From assembly GCF_000143415.4 (NCBI RefSeq), contig NW_003314285.1:336152-400151 (forward strand): 64,000 bases of DNA, read 5' to 3'. A program made the position numbers and the translations under genes. This document shows positions 29,801-42,521 of the stretch, one piece after another (within the stretch, counting starts at the first letter, position 1; the number at the start of each line of letters is the position of its first letter). Under the pieces are notes generated by a model. It searched no databases and was not told the DNA's origin. It saw only the letters and a program-made list of their open reading frames with translations. This stretch comes from Selaginella moellendorffii (Eukaryota; Plantae; Lycopodiophyta).

Positions 29801-31266
29801 CCCACTCGGATCATTGTTTTCATCTCTGCATATGCAATAAGACTAATTACTTACTCTCATTGGATAGTGTAAGCAACCAAAGGGAACGACTCGAGAGACG
29901 GTCCATGGGGTTCAAATATAGAGGGAAAGGGCCCATGAACAAGAGTGCACCCCCTTTTCTAATCGGTTAAGGGTCTTGGGATAGTTGGAGTTAAGCGTCC
30001 TTGGGTTTGAATAGTACTGGGATGGGTGACCTCCCGGGAAGTCCAAACTCAGGAGCTTACAAATAGTACTCGCTGAGACTCATCTTCTGATAGCACACGT
30101 GGTTTTTACCCTTTATCCTATGGTGATTTACCATAGGATTTTACCCTTTATCCTATGGTGATTTACCATAGGATAACCACAGAAGTGGAATCTAAACCCT
30201 CCATGTGCCACGTGTCATATGGCATATGTCATATGCCACATGTTCAAAAGACAGTGGTGTGGAACCCAAGTTTCAAGGCCTTGGGCCATTGAACGAAGGA
30301 ATGGTGCCAAACTCCCAAGCATGGAGCTGAGGAGTAATGGCACTGCAGCATGGAACAGCTCCCGAGTGTATAGCCCAAGGAGCGAAGGGATAAGAGCACA
30401 GAGTGACTTGGAACAGTCCTAGAGCAACTAACATCCCAATGCCAGGACTAATACGCAAAACGGAACCAAACGGAGTTTGGCACTATTTCAGCATACTGGT
30501 GACCTAATGCGAGGATATGGGTACTCCACCAAATAGCATGGTGTGGAGCTTGGGCTTAGACCCAAGCCAGACATAGAATAAAGACAAGCATGCAAGCAAG
30601 AGCTAGATTATGCCTCAGGTTGGTCAGCCATGCCCGACCTACCCACTATCCCTACTAGATATTTAGAACCCCCGAATACCCCCCTCTTTGAGGAACATAC
30701 GCTTTGGGCTTTCACCCCAAACTTCGCTTAGTATCAGGAGTTAATCTCTAAGACAAGCTTGAAACTTACTAAATATGGAATGTCCCTAGATTGCGAATTT
30801 GGACATGGGACAAACACCATTGTGTTCAAGACAATCTCTACATTCCATAGATATACCAAATGAGCAAATTTAGACACTTTCCATAAATAACATTTGGGAC
30901 CGAAATGAGACTAACACAAAGGACATGATAGCGAAGGTGTTTAGCAGACACGGTAAGCTATCATCCAGTGATATTGAGGGACCAGTCTCAATACGCGAGG
31001 GTTCTTGTTACTAGTAAGTGCAAAACAAAATTAGACGGGAACTCCTTACCGGGCTAAGTATGTTTAGCTAATAACACATAAGAATTCCATCCTTATGCTT
31101 GTTCGGTCTAAGTACACTTGAAATGCCCAATTAACTCCACTAGCACAAAAGGGGCTGATAAAGGATCCAGCAATACCGACCTCTTGCCGTCGTGGCAGTA
31201 AGGAAAGAGTGTTTGTAAAGACTAACCAATAGGTAACTTTCGATACCCAAAGTCACATTTGCAACA
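23813..31266 (-). mobile_element. LTR retroelement (family A) with ~1.1 kb LTRs and a decayed internal region lacking ORFs
   Basis: Direct repeats ~23813-24939 and ~30090-31266; TSD GATGA at 23808-23812 and 31267-31271; minus-strand PPT GGGGGGAG at ~24940-24947; possible degenerate PBS at ~30085-30095. Confidence 0.85.
29868..30061 (+). mobile_element. Cassandra-type solo LTR carrying the 5S rRNA internal control region
   Basis: Termini TGTAAGC...GCTTACA; TSD GATAG/AATAG; 29989-30044 AGTTAAGCGTCCTTGGG...TAGTACTGGGATGGGTGACCTCCCGGGAAGTCC matches plant 5S box A, intermediate element and box C. Confidence 0.9.
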
Positions 31267-32548
31267 GATGATATGTTAAATTCAAATAAATTAGTATACT
31301 TCTTTTTGACTCAGTCAACCACTATAACACAAAGACTATTAGAAGGAAATATAATAGGGATAATGGATATGTTAGGTATGGCTGACCAATTTGAGACATA
31401 ATCTTACTTTACACTTGTATGTTTGTTTTTGTTTTGCATTTAACTTGGGCCTAAGCCCAAAGTCCATAATATGCTAGCTAATAAAGTATTTATATCCTCA
31501 AGTTAGACCACCAATATGTTAAAATAACATTAAACTTTTGTTTTGTATACTAAGTATAGCATTGGGATGGTGGATGCATTAGGACCGTTCTAATATCTAG
31601 ATGTTACCCTTGTAACAAACTAATCTAAAATTGATAGTATATGATTTCAAACTATAGTTTTTTATCTTTGATTATTATTTTGACTAATTTTTATTAGTGT
31701 TATTAATACTAATATTATAAAAATCTAATTTTAGACAGACAAAAAGGATTAAATCTTTTGATTATATATTTACAGTAATAATAATTTACTTTACATTTTT
31801 TAAAAATAGTCACATTTATATAATATAATAATAATTACACCACTTAGTATAGCAAAAAAGATGAATTGTTATTAAATACATGTTAAATTTTATTTTAAGT
31901 CTGTATTAAGTTCTAAAATATTATTATTCTGTGTTGGGCTAACTAGATTTAATATGAAAAATTAATTTTCTCTTATTTATTTTTTTATAAGAGTTTGTGA
32001 TATTTTAAATAATGTAGAAATAAATTATAAGAAAATATCTAAATGAAGTATTATATTTTTCTATCAACTTTAGTCTCAAAAGTACTTCCTCTTTAGGTGA
32101 AGATAATAAAGAGTATCTAAGTCTGCATTTGTTTTGCTGGCAAACTCTTTCTCATTTACTAATTGCAGAATGCACTTAGGAGAAGGGGGCTTTCTCCTCG
32201 AAAGTTCTAATGTCTTATTCACAAGGTTTTTGTGCTGTGGAGGCATTAGCCAGCAAAGAAAAATTGTAACAGGCATGCTTTGGTGGCGGAAAGGGAGTGA
32301 AAACACTCCACCAAGAAAAACTTGTCCAAAGTCACAGGATGCATTTGAGCGGTACTTGACTTTTTTTTGCATCATGACAAGCTTGATCATCTCTTGTGAT
32401 ATTTGGAGGTTGTGAGATATGGTTCTTTCGAGGGTGAAATGTTTGAACTTGTGTGCCATTGCCGACTTTCACCACATGAAATGGATACGACTTATTCCAT
32501 CACAAAACAAAAAGCTTGTCAAAATACACCGGCTCGAGTTGTGTTTAA

Positions 32549-33730
<1,182 letters not shown>

Positions 33731-33796
33731 CTTGAGAAAAAGTATACTTGATAAACACCTTGGAACCAAGAGATAACTTTTATATGTTGAAAAAAT

Positions 33797-34112
33797 CTAG
33801 CTCACTTTGCCACAGTATTTACGATTTGGAGCCAAGAGCGGCTTGAGGTTCCCCATATTGATCATTCCTGTCGCAAAGTCCTGGAAAAATCGCACTTGAT
33901 CCATGGCATAAGTGTGCACCAGCTACGCAACTGTCCAATCACCACCACTCCACAGTGTCTGGTCAGAGTGGAACAATCCACTGAAATTTATAAAGTTCTT
34001 GTAGTACTTGTTGTCAAACACCACTGGAGTTTGCAAATCTAGAGGAGAAAGGTTTGAGTCACCACCACTGCTGGGACACTGGCCCCTGAGCGATTGGTTG
34101 TAGTAAGGGTCA
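33797..34112 (-). pseudogene. Duplicate of the divergent peroxidase 3' fragment
   Basis: Reverse complement of 6843-7158, with the same internal stop. Confidence 0.85.
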
Positions 34113-34119
34113 TATAATC

Positions 34120-37100
34120 TGGCGAAGAGCTCAGCGATGGACCATAATCCAAGCTCTTCTGTTGCGCCCAGAGCTGAGCATACCGCCCAGGTCTTGCAAA
34201 GCTAACAGAAACGTATACCTCGTCGCAGTTCAGTGCTGTTGTGAGACGGTGAGCAATGAATATGGCGGCCACAAGTGACCTGAGAGACGATAGAATTTCT
34301 GCCTCGGTGGTGGAATCTAGAGCACTCGTTGCTTCATCACACAACCTGATAAGAAAACGCGTCGTGAAACGTTCAAGGGAACAACACAACTGGCTTACAA
34401 GAGGATTTGAGGAATGCTCTTGCCAGCGCTATCTCTCCTCCACTCAGCTGCAAAGCTAGACGGAAGTAAAGAGCTTTGAATACCTTCAGTCCCCTCTCGC
34501 CAAACCAAACTTGAGAATTGACTCATGAATGGCAGCTTGTTTAGTGTTGAAAACAATCTGAGGTAACCACAAGTGGTTAGGAGTTCATCTTTTTTTGCAG
34601 TACTACTTCAATACCCAATTAAAGACCGCGGCTAACATCTTTGATATTCTGATCGCCTATCTTCACCTGTAATCGAGATACTTGAGCACTCCAGTAGGAA
34701 TCCGAGCGCAAGTAAACAAACACGTTAAAAATATTGTGGTAACCTAAAGACCTTGGTAAAGTGCTGCCACGGTAGAAAGTGCAGAGGAGCAAACTAATGC
34801 TGCAAAGCTCAAGAATCCAAGATGGAATTTGGCTAGATACTTGAATGAAGACTTTACCCATGGGAACAATTAAGATATTAAGGCCCTAGTCTGGTTTAAG
34901 ATGTATTTCAAGTACTGGAAAACACCTTACATATAGAAAACGAGAAGACAAGCCAGAAAGGCTCTTAAAACAAAAAGTTAAGTACCGATAAAGAACATAA
35001 TTCCCCACATATGATTCAATTGATCTACTTCCTGGGACAAAGACAATGAAACCAAGAGCCTTTTTATCCAAAAAAGAAGTCCAACAAACCTGAGATGGAT
35101 CAACTGAAAAGGCAACACTGAGTAGCCTCTACTTGCATTCCAAGGAGCCGACAATCACCAATCCAGTCCAGCAAAATATAAAAAAGCCTAGCTCTCTAAA
35201 GGAAATACTTCAGATTATAGTGTAGCACCACCTAATCCTTCTAGATTTTTTAGGATTGAAACTAATCCAATCATTACCACTTAAATAAATATAATAATTA
35301 AATATATGACATCATAATTATACATTTGGACCTCATATCATCCCTTCTTCTTTGAAGGATGGATGGCAATTAAGATTCTTTAGTTGATAGGTTGGGATTT
35401 GGAGGAACATCAAAAAGAGGCATTGGTAGATCTATAAGTGGTGTTAGTTATTCTTGATTTCTTTGTACAAAATATTTTAATTGCTATACATATATAATTT
35501 CTGGCCAATTGAATGTTATATTGAATCTTATAAACTTGTGGTCTAACATCTGATACTTTAAATAAACCATATACTATAAAATTGGGAAAACAAATTAATA
35601 CTAAATTATCCACTTTATACTTTGTAAATGGGCGATAATGGGAATTGTAATATTGTTGTTGTTCCACTTGTACACAACCCAAATGTTCAATAAACTCCAC
35701 TTGAACTAATGGAAAAATACTCATCAAATACTGATTCTTAAACCTATCATTAATAGCTCATAGTAATCACAAAAATAAACTCAATTTTGTTGGTAATATC
35801 AGATCATAACCATATAAGAATTTATATAGTGAAGCACTAATAGAACTCTATACCCATATAACATACACGTACCAAAGAAAAGGCAAATAACCATCCCAAA
35901 TCAAATGCAAAAATTTCATGTAATTCATAATTATTTAAGTTTTGAACAATTTATTTTAGCAAATCATTCATCTTTGAATAATAAGTACTTGTGAAAGTGT
36001 GGTCTATCCCCAACCAAGATGTTAAAATATGAAATGCCTTAGCCATTAATGCAAGACCATTATTCAAAAGAATTTACTTTGGATAAGAATATTAGAACAC
36101 CACTTGATTGAGGAGAAAGTATTCAATAGTAGTTATAGATGCACTAACAAGAGCATCAACTTCCACCCAATGAGTTAAGTAGTAAAAAGTAATAATAACA
36201 TACTCATTACTAGCAATTGACTATGTTAAAGGCTCTATCACATCAAATGCTACCAACTCAAATAGATGGGAAATTATAATTAACTCTAATTGTCCTTCTA
36301 TAGTATGTGGGGAAATATTATGAGTTTAGCATTAAACACAACTACACACATATTAGCATTATATCTTCCACCAATAAAAAGACATATATAGCTTCTCATT
36401 TACACAATAATATCTTATATACCCATCTAGAATATGAGAATCATGATAAATATGGAGAAAACACAAAATAAACATCAAAAACATTACCAACCATAAATGA
36501 TCATTAGGACCTTTCCCAACAAAATAAAGAAGGTTGTCTTTAAATGCTAAATGGCAGTTATCAATAAGTAATATAACATTCTTAAACCCATTATAAAGCT
36601 TTTAGATTCACAGCTTAACCTTTTACGTTTTATGAACCTCGTTAAAAATAAATAAATTTTGCTCTGCATCTTGTGGATATTGAATATTAAATACAACAAC
36701 CTCTGACAACACAGAATTTTTGTCTAGAAAATTCACAGATATTGGAATAACAAATTCATTAGAAACATAAAAAGAGAGCAAAGAAGGGAGAAAAATTCAA
36801 AAAAGGGCATCAGTATTAAACATAGAACTCCTTAAGCAATAAATAACCTTGAAATTATATATCTAAAACTTCAAAGTCTATCGAGTAATATAATGAACCA
36901 AGTTCTTTTGCTTCAATAATAAAGTAATTGTTGCATGATCATTTTTTAGTAATGTCTGAAAACCATGCAAATATGCATGAAACTTCTCAAAACCTTAAAC
37001 TACTACTAAACACTTTTTTATCATGAAGTAATTCACCTCTATTAATTGTAATATATTGCTGATGTATATAATGGGATGATGCTAACCATGCACACTCATA

Positions 37101-39229
37101 CCTTTTTACATCAAGACATTCATGAGACCGATATCAAAGCATCCATATGTAATATGAATGATCAAGTGTATTTAAAATATGCCAAAATTGGAGGAGCCAT
37201 TAATATCTCTTTGAGATCTGTGAATGCCCGTTCATAGTCCTTTGACTAAATGAAAGATAATATTAACAACTTCAACAACACTCACAATAGTACAATATGA
37301 TAAAAAAGATAATCAATAAAATAATTGAAATACTATATTTTGTTTAGGAAGTGTTGCACATCATTCACACACTTCGAATATGAAACTTTAGAACAACTAC
37401 AACTTTGTCATGATTAATTTACAAACCCTCACAATAAATATGATACCCAAGATAAATTATATTCTTGGATCCAAATATGCACTTTGACCGCTTTAATTTT
37501 CAACTAACTTCCTGTAGCTGATATAACACTTTGTGAATATCATAGATGTGTTCCTCCTATGTCCCTTTTAAATGGATTAAAACATCATCGATAAAATTAA
37601 TTGTCACCTTTAGTATATTGCAAAAAAATTTACTTGTCATCCGCTAGAAAGTCGCTGAAATAATGCTTAAACCAAACAGCATCACCAAGAATTTGTACAA
37701 ACCACATAGTATATAAAAAATAGTTTTGGGAACTAATCATCCACTCATATTGTAGTCTCACAGTGAAACTTGTATCATTATCTCTAATACTAGATATAGC
37801 GCACTTTATCTCCCTCCCTTTAAGTTAACTAGAAAATGAGCAATTGCTTAATAAAAGAACCTTTAATAACTATTTTATATTTTTTTATTTCTCAAGGTTT
37901 TAAGGATCTAAAATCTCATTCCATAATCACATATGCTATAGCAAGTAGGCTATCAAATATTAAAGTTGGTATTTCATATTGGTCAACATGTGCTCAACAT
38001 ATGCTCCACTATGCCAACCATAGGTCTTTTGTGGTGCAAATCTACATATAATTCTTGTAGGCAAATATTGGGCCATGGACATCTGTGAATTTTTATGAGA
38101 AATGGAGATCAAATGCCAATCCTTAGTCATTGACACCTTGCTCGTGAGCACACTGTAGTTGAGTTGGAAGCAAAACAAAGGTGACAACACTTCTCATTGC
38201 AAATGCTGACGGCTATGTAAAGATCATACTAAGGTTTCAACCCAGAAGGCATCATGAGGGGCAACAAGCATATCAGTGAAATAAATGGCTCATGAGATCA
38301 GCAAAACAGCTTACTATAGTCTGTCTGTCTTAGTGGGCACTGCAAGACCCTGTAAACAGTTAATGAATGAATGAATGAATGAATACTTACCATTACATGT
38401 AGATGCTCCTGCTTGAGGAAGACTATAACCGATAAGCACAGAGACTGGAGCAGCATAAGCCGTAGAAGCCAGAGTCACTTCTTGTGACACTCCCGTTGCA
38501 GCAACCAAACCATCCACTGCATGCTTGAACAGAAATGGAACTTGTACTTTCAGAACCTGCATATACGCATACAAGCACAAGAAGATGAGAGCTATCTATC
38601 CATCTATATTCTGTTTTGGCAGTCTGGCGGTGCCCAACAAGAAGCATGAGACTGCAAACAAGTTTGCAAGTTTGTTGTGGAGGTCTTCTCACTCCCTCCA
38701 TCTCCACGCTCACGGTTACATAGGAAGAACGAAAAATGATACCACCAATTAAAAGAGCCAGCGAGACAACGACTCTCCTGCGAAACTAGTAGAACAGCAG
38801 CTCTTCGAAAGTTGTAGACTTTACCTTGCTCTTGGTCTTCCTAGCTCTTCTTGGTTTCAGTGGGCTGGGAGTTCTTGGCCTCTCTTTGTCCCATAGCTTC
38901 TCTTTGCAATAATCTTGGTTAATTATTTTGCTCCTTGTCCCTTTTTGCTCTGTCATGCTCCTTGCTAAGTCGGATGTGAAGAGTGTATCTTGTGGCGTGG
39001 GCAGACAAGGTGTGATACAGCCTGAGATTTGGATCGAGAGACTCCCAGATTATCCTTTTAGAAAAGATAGAGAAACAAGAGCGCACAAAGTGGCACACCA
39101 GATATGACGATCTAGAAGGCAATCCAGAGAATAATCCGTCATGAGCAACAATGCTGAAAGCTTTGCCCCTCCTGTGATCGATTCTGCACGAGCTGGATTG
39201 ATGGAAACCCGATCGCAGGCGAGCGCCAT
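34120..39229 (-). pseudogene. ATM1/ATM3/ABCB7-like mitochondrial ABC transporter pseudogene split by the Gypsy insertion (~34560-38092)
   Basis: 5' exon VLKVQVPFLFKHAVDGL...APVSVLIGYSLPQAGASTCN (~38390-38557) plus NBD exons LCDEATSALDSTTEAEIL and IAHRLTT at ~34130-34540; start codon uncertain. Confidence 0.8.
34559..38092 (-). mobile_element. Degenerate Gypsy element (copy in the right arm)
   Basis: Reverse complement of ~2890-6430. Confidence 0.75.
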
Positions 39230-39243
39230 TGCACCCAAGAGAA

Positions 39244-41001
39244 TTATTGGTCTGCCAACGTGGAAATACGTGGCGCGCAAACTAGCAACGTGGAAGCTTT
39301 GCTGGCGGCCAGATCAACCTCCATGGAGAACACACACTTGATGCAAGAACCGGACGAGAGAAGCTTCACTCCTTCGTTTAGTTCTGAGAATGGTAGCCTG
39401 TGAGTGATGTATCCGTCGAGATTGATTTCCTGGACGATCCACGAAAACTTAGAATTCTTCCAGCTTGATCAATCTAAACAAACCTTTGTGGAGCACATAT
39501 CCACGAGCTTCTGCATGTCGGATTTGCCCCTGAATCCACCAAAGTATCCCGACTTGAGTTGCCGACCCGAGAGGAGAATCGCGGGTGGGAATGTCACCAT
39601 CTCATCAGGCCTGGGAGCTCCAACCATGACCGTTGTTCCATACTAAACAATCCCGGAGGTAAAAGTTAGCAAGCACACTGCTGGAAACTGAGCTTTTCAC
39701 TCACGCTTGTGGTGCTAAGCAAAGCTTGTACCAACAGATGAGGCTTGCCGACGCATTCAAAGCAGTAGTCGACTCCTCCATTCGTGAGCTCGAGAAGCAC
39801 CTGAGAGAGAGTGACAGAAACATGGGTGATAAAGACGAGAGTTAGAACACACAACCTCATGAAGCGGCGCTTCGTGGTCCTGTGGATTTAGACACTCGGT
39901 CGCACCAAATGCTCTGGCTGCGCAGAAGAAAAGCTTAGCACTTAGGGGTATTTGACGAGTAAAACACCAGCTGACCAGCTTCGAATTTTCGAGGTAACAT
40001 ATCGATCCCAATTATCCGAGTTGCACCGGCGATTCGAGCGCCCTCGACAGCCTGAAAAGCAAATGGTTTCTCTTCCAGAACTTTAGGAAAAGCTATAGAG
40101 TACGTACTGCTAGCCCGACGGTTCCCAGTCCAATTACAGCAACCGTGGAGCCGGCTTCGACGTTTGCTAAGTTTAATGCGGATCCCAAGCCTGGAAACAA
40201 AGAGCTTATCAGCAAAGGAATGCGCAAGCGAGGAACGTACCGGTGGGAATTCCACAGCCCAGAAGACAAGCGCTCTCCAGTGGAACCGGATCAACTTTGA
40301 CAACCGAGGTCTTGTCCAGCACCGTGAACTCCGTGAAGGTGGACGTGTTCATGAAGTGGTGAATGGCACTGCCGTCAAGCGAAGAGAACCGTGCCGTGCC
40401 ATCGAGAGGCATGAAAGACTTGAGCAAGTTCCCGAAGCTGACCTCGCAGTGGTTCGTGGTGGAGAGCTTGCAAAGCTTGCATTTCCCGCATTCCCCTTGG
40501 TAGACGCAAATGACATGGTCACCGGGAGCAAACTCCGTCACTCCTTCGCCAACGCTCTCCACAACTCTGGTTGGATTGAGAAGATCACAGAAAAAAAAAA
40601 ACAAGAGTAAGAAACACACTCCTCAGATCAAGACAAAAGGGGGAAATGGAAAAAGAAAAATTCACTCTTTACCCAGACCCCTCGTGTCCAAGGATCACCG
40701 GATACTTGAGCGTGCCCTGCGAAACAAAAGGATTAGCACGGAGCAAAGAGATCGGAAGAGTTTCAGCACAAACTTACCCAGTCTGCGCTGGTAATGTCCA
40801 TGTGACACAGCGACGAGTAAAGGACTTGCATGCGAATCTCTCCAGATTTTGGCGGGTCCACATTGATCGTCTCGAGCTCAATCTCCGATCCAGCGCTGTG
40901 AAGAACAGCAGCTGGAGAGAAGGAAGAAGATCACCCAAAGCGAAGTCAATAGCGACAATGGTACCTCTGCATTGAATCGTTCTCCCCACCGTAGACGCCA
41001 T
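39244..41001 (-). CDS. Zinc-dependent medium-chain alcohol dehydrogenase (plant ADH-like, ~10 exons)
   Basis: SLCHMD, YPVILGHEGSGVVESVGEGV, structural Zn site CGKCKLCK..C, CLLGCGIPTG, VIGLGTVGL nucleotide-binding loop, GGVDYCFECVG, YITHRLPFSE; canonical short introns. Confidence 0.93.
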
Positions 41002-41196
41002 TGGGGTTGGAACGGGCGGCGGCCGCTACTTATGCGAGAATATACTCCAGAATATACGAGACTATACTCCAGAATATGCGCCTCGCGAGAGAAACCCCAT
41101 CGCGCTAGCGACGAACCATCTCAAACGAAAACGCGTTTCAGGGTTCTTGAGTGGTATGTACAAAGGTTTTGGTGCGTCGCCACTAGGCTAGTATCG

Positions 41197-42521
41197 CTAC
41201 TTCCAGCGATAGACAACGACGAAGCACGGGAGCACGGCCCTGGAGCTCGTCACGTACAGGTCGTCCACATTCGAGAACGGCCCCATCTCTCCGGCGATGG
41301 AGTCGAACCCACTCGGGACCACCGCGTCGCCGCCAAATCCCTTGTGCATCCTCCCCGCGATCACTCGGCACACGAGCATCGCGTGGAGATCATCCTCGTC
41401 TGATAGATCCAATCGCTCCTTTGTTTGGAGCGAATCGTGAGCTCTGCCGCTGGTGGCGGTGGTGTGGATCATCGATCCTCCACCGCCGCTCCCCCGGAAG
41501 CCCGACTTGATGATCCGGCACGCGCTGCAAGCCGGGGAGGCGCAGATCGACGAGGATCCGTGCGCGCCCAGGCTGCATTCCAATGTGGCGGCGTGGAATC
41601 GCAGGAGCTCGTTCCCATCCGCGATGCACCGTGCGTGTTTCTTGGGCAGCGAGCTCGCGCGGGATTTGACAGCGTCGCGGTACTCCTCGAATCGCGAGAT
41701 GGTGCGATGGGTGTTGTTCACCTTGAGGACGCGCTCGATCTTGGGCGATGCTTCCGGAATTCCTTCGTCCCTCTTCTTGAGCCAGCTCGTCCGGAAGATG
41801 ATCTCCACGATGTTCTTGGACGAGTCCCCGCGGCCTAGCTCCGTCACTGCGGCCATGGCGAGGATCGAGAAACCCGTGAGCATAGAAACTTTGCTACGTA
41901 TGACATACGTATCTAATACGTACCGGCGTGCTTGGTGGCGTGGTGTTGCTCGAGCGCCTCAAACTTGGCGAAGCTCTCGCCGCATCTCTGGCAGGAGGGG
42001 TAGGGGTAGCGGCACAGCGACGAGCGCGACGATGGATCTCGCGAGATGATCGCGCCAAACGCCTCGTCCGCCACGTTGCAACCGTGGCACCCGCCTCCAA
42101 ATCTCCGGGAGGAGCTCATCGTGTTCTTTGGAAGCGCTGGACTTGGGTGTTTGAGATTTGGTGGGCGCGATCCCTCGGTAGACTGTGAATGCCGCAGCCG
42201 GGCATTTGCCGCAGAGACGAGCTCCGAGGAGGGCGGGTTCCAAAAGAGCGATTTGGCGTCGAGGAGGGGATCGTTCTTGGCGTTGGTGTGGGAGGAGATC
42301 GCCGCGGGGCTGCAGGAGGCGGATTTGTGGACGACCTTGGTGTTGCCGTGGATCACGTCCTTGAGATTGGAAAGAGATCTGGAGCAAGTGCTGCGGAAGG
42401 GCTTGATCTTGGAGGTGGAGGACGATGAGACCGCCGAGATCGAGATTGGGCTGTGAACTTGCTCGTCCCTGTTGCTCTTGCACGACAGAGATTTGGTCCA
42501 GCTCTTCCAAGGGGCTGGCAT
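41197..42521 (-). CDS. Plant C2H2 zinc-finger protein with C-terminal PARP/ADP-ribosyltransferase-like domain (one intron, ~41849-41923)
   Basis: CQRCGESFAKFEALEQHHATKH finger; SSKNIVEIIFRTSW, IERVLKV, RCIADGNELLRFH, TTATSGRAH, AMLVCRVIAGR, RAVLPCFVVVY typical of this land-plant family. Confidence 0.9.

Noticed and set aside
29989-30044. 5S rRNA gene
   Set aside because: Only the internal control region matches; the 5' part and 3' end of 5S are missing, and it lies inside a TG..CA unit with a TSD
41425-42510. Several long overlapping ORFs in other frames and strands
   Set aside because: GC-rich shadows of the C2H2 gene
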